A DNA stretch of 64,000 bases. Origin: a bacterium (lineage in GTDB: Bacteria; Patescibacteriota; Minisyncoccia; UBA6257; 02-FULL-45-10c). The notes under the pieces were generated by a model, which ran no database searches, was not told the origin of the DNA, and worked only from the letters and a program-made list of their open reading frames with translations. A program made the position numbers and the translations under genes. Below are positions 61,731 through 64,000 of the stretch, piece by piece. The first letter of the stretch is position 1. Each line of letters opens with the position of its first letter. The stretch lies in the NCBI GenBank assembly GCA_030700025.1, contig JAUYKI010000006.1, forward strand, positions 13,428 to 77,427, given 5' to 3'.

Positions 61731-61773
61731 ACGAAATGACTATGATACACTTCTTTAATCTCGCCGTCTTGTT

Positions 61774-61992
61774 ATGACTGACTCGAAAAGCGTTAAAAAA
61801 ATAGAGGGCGTCGTCCAGGAGGCTTTGCCGGCCACAATGTTCAGGATCCTTAGCCATGAAGGCAAAGAAATCTTAGGGCATCTTTCCGGAAAAATGCGGA
61901 TTAATCATATTAAGATTTTGCCCGGCGACCGCGTTATAGTAGAAGTCAGCCCCTATGACGAGACAAAAGGAAGAATAGTAAGAAGGCATTAA
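61774..61992 (+). CDS. infA: translation initiation factor IF-1
   Basis: 72 aa; S1-like OB fold ([31 protein letters not shown]). Confidence 0.9.
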   Translation: MTDSKSVKKIEGVVQEALPATMFRILSHEGKEILGHLSGKMRINHIKILPGDRVIVEVSPYDETKGRIVRRH

Positions 61993-61995
61993 ATT

Positions 61996-62109
61996 ATGCA
62001 AGTAAGCGCTTCAGTAAAAGCACGATGCAAAAATTGCAAGGTGGTCCGAAGGCGGGGCCGCGTTTATATTGTTTGCAAGACCGCTAAACATAAACAAAGG
62101 CAAGGATAG
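61996..62109 (+). CDS. rpmJ: 50S ribosomal protein L36
   Basis: 37 aa [37 protein letters not shown]; not in ORF track (<60 aa); zinc-ribbon C-x2-C...C-x4-H. Confidence 0.85.
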   Translation: MQVSASVKARCKNCKVVRRRGRVYIVCKTAKHKQRQG

Positions 62110-62181
62110 ATTAAATTCAAAATTTAAAAATCAAAAGTCAAAATGACAAGTCAAAATTCAAAATTAAATAAATTTAAAATT

Positions 62182-62210
62182 TATCCGCCGCAGCGGATAC
62201 CTGATTTTTT
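62182..62210 (+). terminator. palindromic hairpin TATCCGC-CGCA-GCGGATA followed by T-run, between rpmJ and rpsM
   Basis: preceded by CAAAAT-type A-rich repeats; 12 nt before rpsM start. Confidence 0.5.
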
Positions 62211-62221
62211 CATTTAATTTT

Positions 62222-62605
62222 ATGCGTTTTTTAGGAATTAACATACCGGATAATAAGCGAGCAGAAATCTCGCTTACTTATATTTATGGCGTCGGCCGCA
62301 CGCTTTCCAAGAAAATTTTAGAAGCTACCAAGGTAGATATGAATAAACGCATGAAAGACGTGGAACCAACCGAATTAAACAAGATTAAGGAATTTATAGA
62401 AAAAAATTATAAAGTAGAGGGTGATTTGCGGCAGATCGTAAAACAAAATATTAAACTTATGCAGGAGTTAAAAACTTACCGGGGAAATCGGCACAGCCGG
62501 CGTTTGCCGGTCAGGGGACAAAGAACCAAAACTAATTCCCGGACGGTGCGCGGTAATGTTCGTAAGACCGCCGGCAGTGGAAAGAGATCCGTTGAGCTTA
62601 AATAG
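62222..62605 (+). CDS. rpsM: 30S ribosomal protein S13
   Basis: 127 aa; S13 signature (GINIP...YGVG, GLPVRGQRTKTNSRT). Confidence 0.9.
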   Translation: MRFLGINIPDNKRAEISLTYIYGVGRTLSKKILEATKVDMNKRMKDVEPTELNKIKEFIEKNYKVEGDLRQIVKQNIKLMQELKTYRGNRHSRRLPVRGQRTKTNSRTVRGNVRKTAGSGKRSVELK

Positions 62606-62624
62606 AATTATAATTTAAATAAGT

Positions 62625-63077
62625 ATGGGAAAGAAAAAAGTAGCGCAAAAGTCTCAAGACGAGATATCAAAAGAAGGAAAAAAGCCGGAAAATGCCGCGG
62701 TTAAAGCGGCGGGTAAAGAGGGCAGTAAAAAAGTAGACGTTGGCCGGGTTTATGTTAATGCCTCCTATAATAACACCATGATTTCAGTTACGGACGAAAA
62801 GGGCAATGTGCTGGCGTGGGCATCGGCAGGCGGATTGGGATTTTCCGGTCCGAAGAAAGCGACGCCTTTTGCCGCTTCTAAGATCATTGCTACTTTAGCG
62901 GAAAAGCTGCAAAAAACCGGCCCGTTGAATGTCCACGTTTTAGTGAATGGGGTGGGTGGAGGCCGGGACTCGGCCTTACGATCTATGGCTAATCAAGGAT
63001 TTAATATATTATCAGTACGGGACGTTACTCCGGTGCCGCACAATGGTCCAAGGGCGCCTAAGGTGAGGCGAGTGTAA
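62625..63077 (+). CDS. rpsK: 30S ribosomal protein S11 (with basic N-terminal extension)
   Basis: 150 aa; S11 core VNASYNNTMISVTDEKGNVLAWASAG. Confidence 0.9.
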   Translation: MGKKKVAQKSQDEISKEGKKPENAAVKAAGKEGSKKVDVGRVYVNASYNNTMISVTDEKGNVLAWASAGGLGFSGPKKATPFAASKIIATLAEKLQKTGPLNVHVLVNGVGGGRDSALRSMANQGFNILSVRDVTPVPHNGPRAPKVRRV

Positions 63078-63083
63078 CGAGCC

Positions 63084-63117
63084 GAACCGAGTACATAACG
63101 TCTTATGTGCTCGGTTC
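63084..63117 (+). promoter_or_regulatory. strong 15-bp-stem hairpin (GAACCGAGTACATAA-CGTC-TTATGTGCTCGGTTC) in rpsK-rpsD intergenic region
   Basis: seen directly; no T-run, so not a classical terminator. Confidence 0.5.
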
Positions 63118-63153
63118 TTCAAAGAATTAATATTAATTTATTTAATCAACCGC

Positions 63154-63768
63154 ATGTTTGATACAAGAGAAAAAAGAGAACGATCATTGGGTGTGAAACT
63201 CTTCTTAAAAGGGGCGCGCTGCCTTTCGCCGAAATGCGCCACGGTTCGCCGGCCGAACCGCCCGGGCATTCACGGCAAGTCTCGCCGGAGAACTACTTCG
63301 GAATTCAGCCAACAGCTTAAAGAAAAACAAAAAATAAAGTTCAGCTATGGCTTAAGAGAAACGCAATTAAGAAATGTATTTGCCCGAGCCGCGAAAAATC
63401 CCGGCATTACCGGAAGCGTGCTTCTGCAGTCTTTAGAACGGCGTTTGGATAATGTAGTTTTCCGTTTAGGACTCGCGCCTTCCCGTTCGGTAGGCCGGCA
63501 ATTAGTAAGCCACGGCCATATTATGGTTAAGGGCCGGAAGGTTACCATTCCCTCGTATGCCGTAACTACTGGAGAAAAAATCAGCATTCGCCCGCAATCC
63601 AAGGACCACCCGGCATTTAAAGATTTGGCGGCTAACTTAAAAAAATATGAACCGCCAGTCTGGCTGAATCTAGATAAAGAGAAAATGGAAGGAACCGTTT
63701 TGTCTCTGCCGAAAGACTTGGAAATGTTATTTGACGTTAATATGGTCGTAGATTATTATTCAAAATAA
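63154..63768 (+). CDS. rpsD: 30S ribosomal protein S4
   Basis: 204 aa; S4 N-terminal Zn-ribbon-like region and S4 RNA-binding domain (LDNVVFRLGLAPSRSVGRQLVSHGHIMV). Confidence 0.9.
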   Translation: MFDTREKRERSLGVKLFLKGARCLSPKCATVRRPNRPGIHGKSRRRTTSEFSQQLKEKQKIKFSYGLRETQLRNVFARAAKNPGITGSVLLQSLERRLDNVVFRLGLAPSRSVGRQLVSHGHIMVKGRKVTIPSYAVTTGEKISIRPQSKDHPAFKDLAANLKKYEPPVWLNLDKEKMEGTVLSLPKDLEMLFDVNMVVDYYSK

Positions 63769-63800
63769 AATAAATAACTCATAACAATTAATTAATAACT

Positions 63801-64000
63801 ATGGAATTTGCTTATTTAAGCGACTCAGTAAATTTAAAAAAGATTTCGGAAACTGACACAGAAGGCCTTTTTGAGATTGAGGGGCTTTATAGCGGTTACG
63901 GATTAACTATTGGCAATGCCTTGAGAAGGGCGCTGCTTTCTTCGTTGCCGGGCGCCGCGGTAACCCAGTATAAAATTAAGGGGGCTAACCATGAGTTCGT
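63801..64000 (+). CDS. rpoA: DNA-directed RNA polymerase alpha subunit (5-prime partial)
   Basis: N-terminal [29 protein letters not shown]...[17 protein letters not shown] matches RpoA NTD; runs off window end. Confidence 0.8.
   Translation, partial: MEFAYLSDSVNLKKISETDTEGLFEIEGLYSGYGLTIGNALRRALLSSLPGAAVTQYKIKGANHEF

Overview
This 64-kb window looks like part of a streamlined, probably uncultivated-lineage (CPR/Patescibacteria-like) bacterial chromosome. Support for that is a short AlaRS and AspRS, separate secD and secF, ComEC split into two ORFs, an LVIVD-repeat giant surface protein and weak Shine-Dalgarno usage. No database search was possible. Housekeeping genes: dnaB, cysS, the CIRCE-controlled hrcA-grpE-dnaK-dnaJ cluster, secD/secF, efp, mnmA, comEC, aspS, ndk, rpmB, dnaG, rpoD, alaS, infA-rpmJ-rpsM-rpsK-rpsD-rpoA, tRNA-Lys(UUU) and tRNA-Pro(GGG). 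The accessory content is unusually rich. (1) A complete diversity-generating retroelement sits at 25.6-29.3 kb: target gene with C-terminal VR, TR, an Avd-like gene on the opposite strand, and a DGR-type reverse transcriptase. Nearly all VR/TR differences fall at TR adenines, the assembled VR carries a 1-nt frameshift, and a G10 tract lies in the avd/RT divergent intergenic region. (2) At least three families of short intergenic structured repeats are present. One is a ~90-bp element in 6 copies whose stems co-vary around an invariant CGCTGGA loop, with nested insertions. A second is a ~125-bp element in 4 copies with 20-bp terminal inverted repeats abutting start codons, including hrcA. The third is a set of mosaic GC-rich repeat modules. 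(3) Other items include a giant beta-propeller repeat protein, a membrane-protein/TraD-HerA-like ATPase pair, a sigma-70 region-4 domain protein, duplicated promoter modules, a CAAAAT-like microsatellite invading the mnmA coding sequence, and several palindromic candidate regulatory sites.
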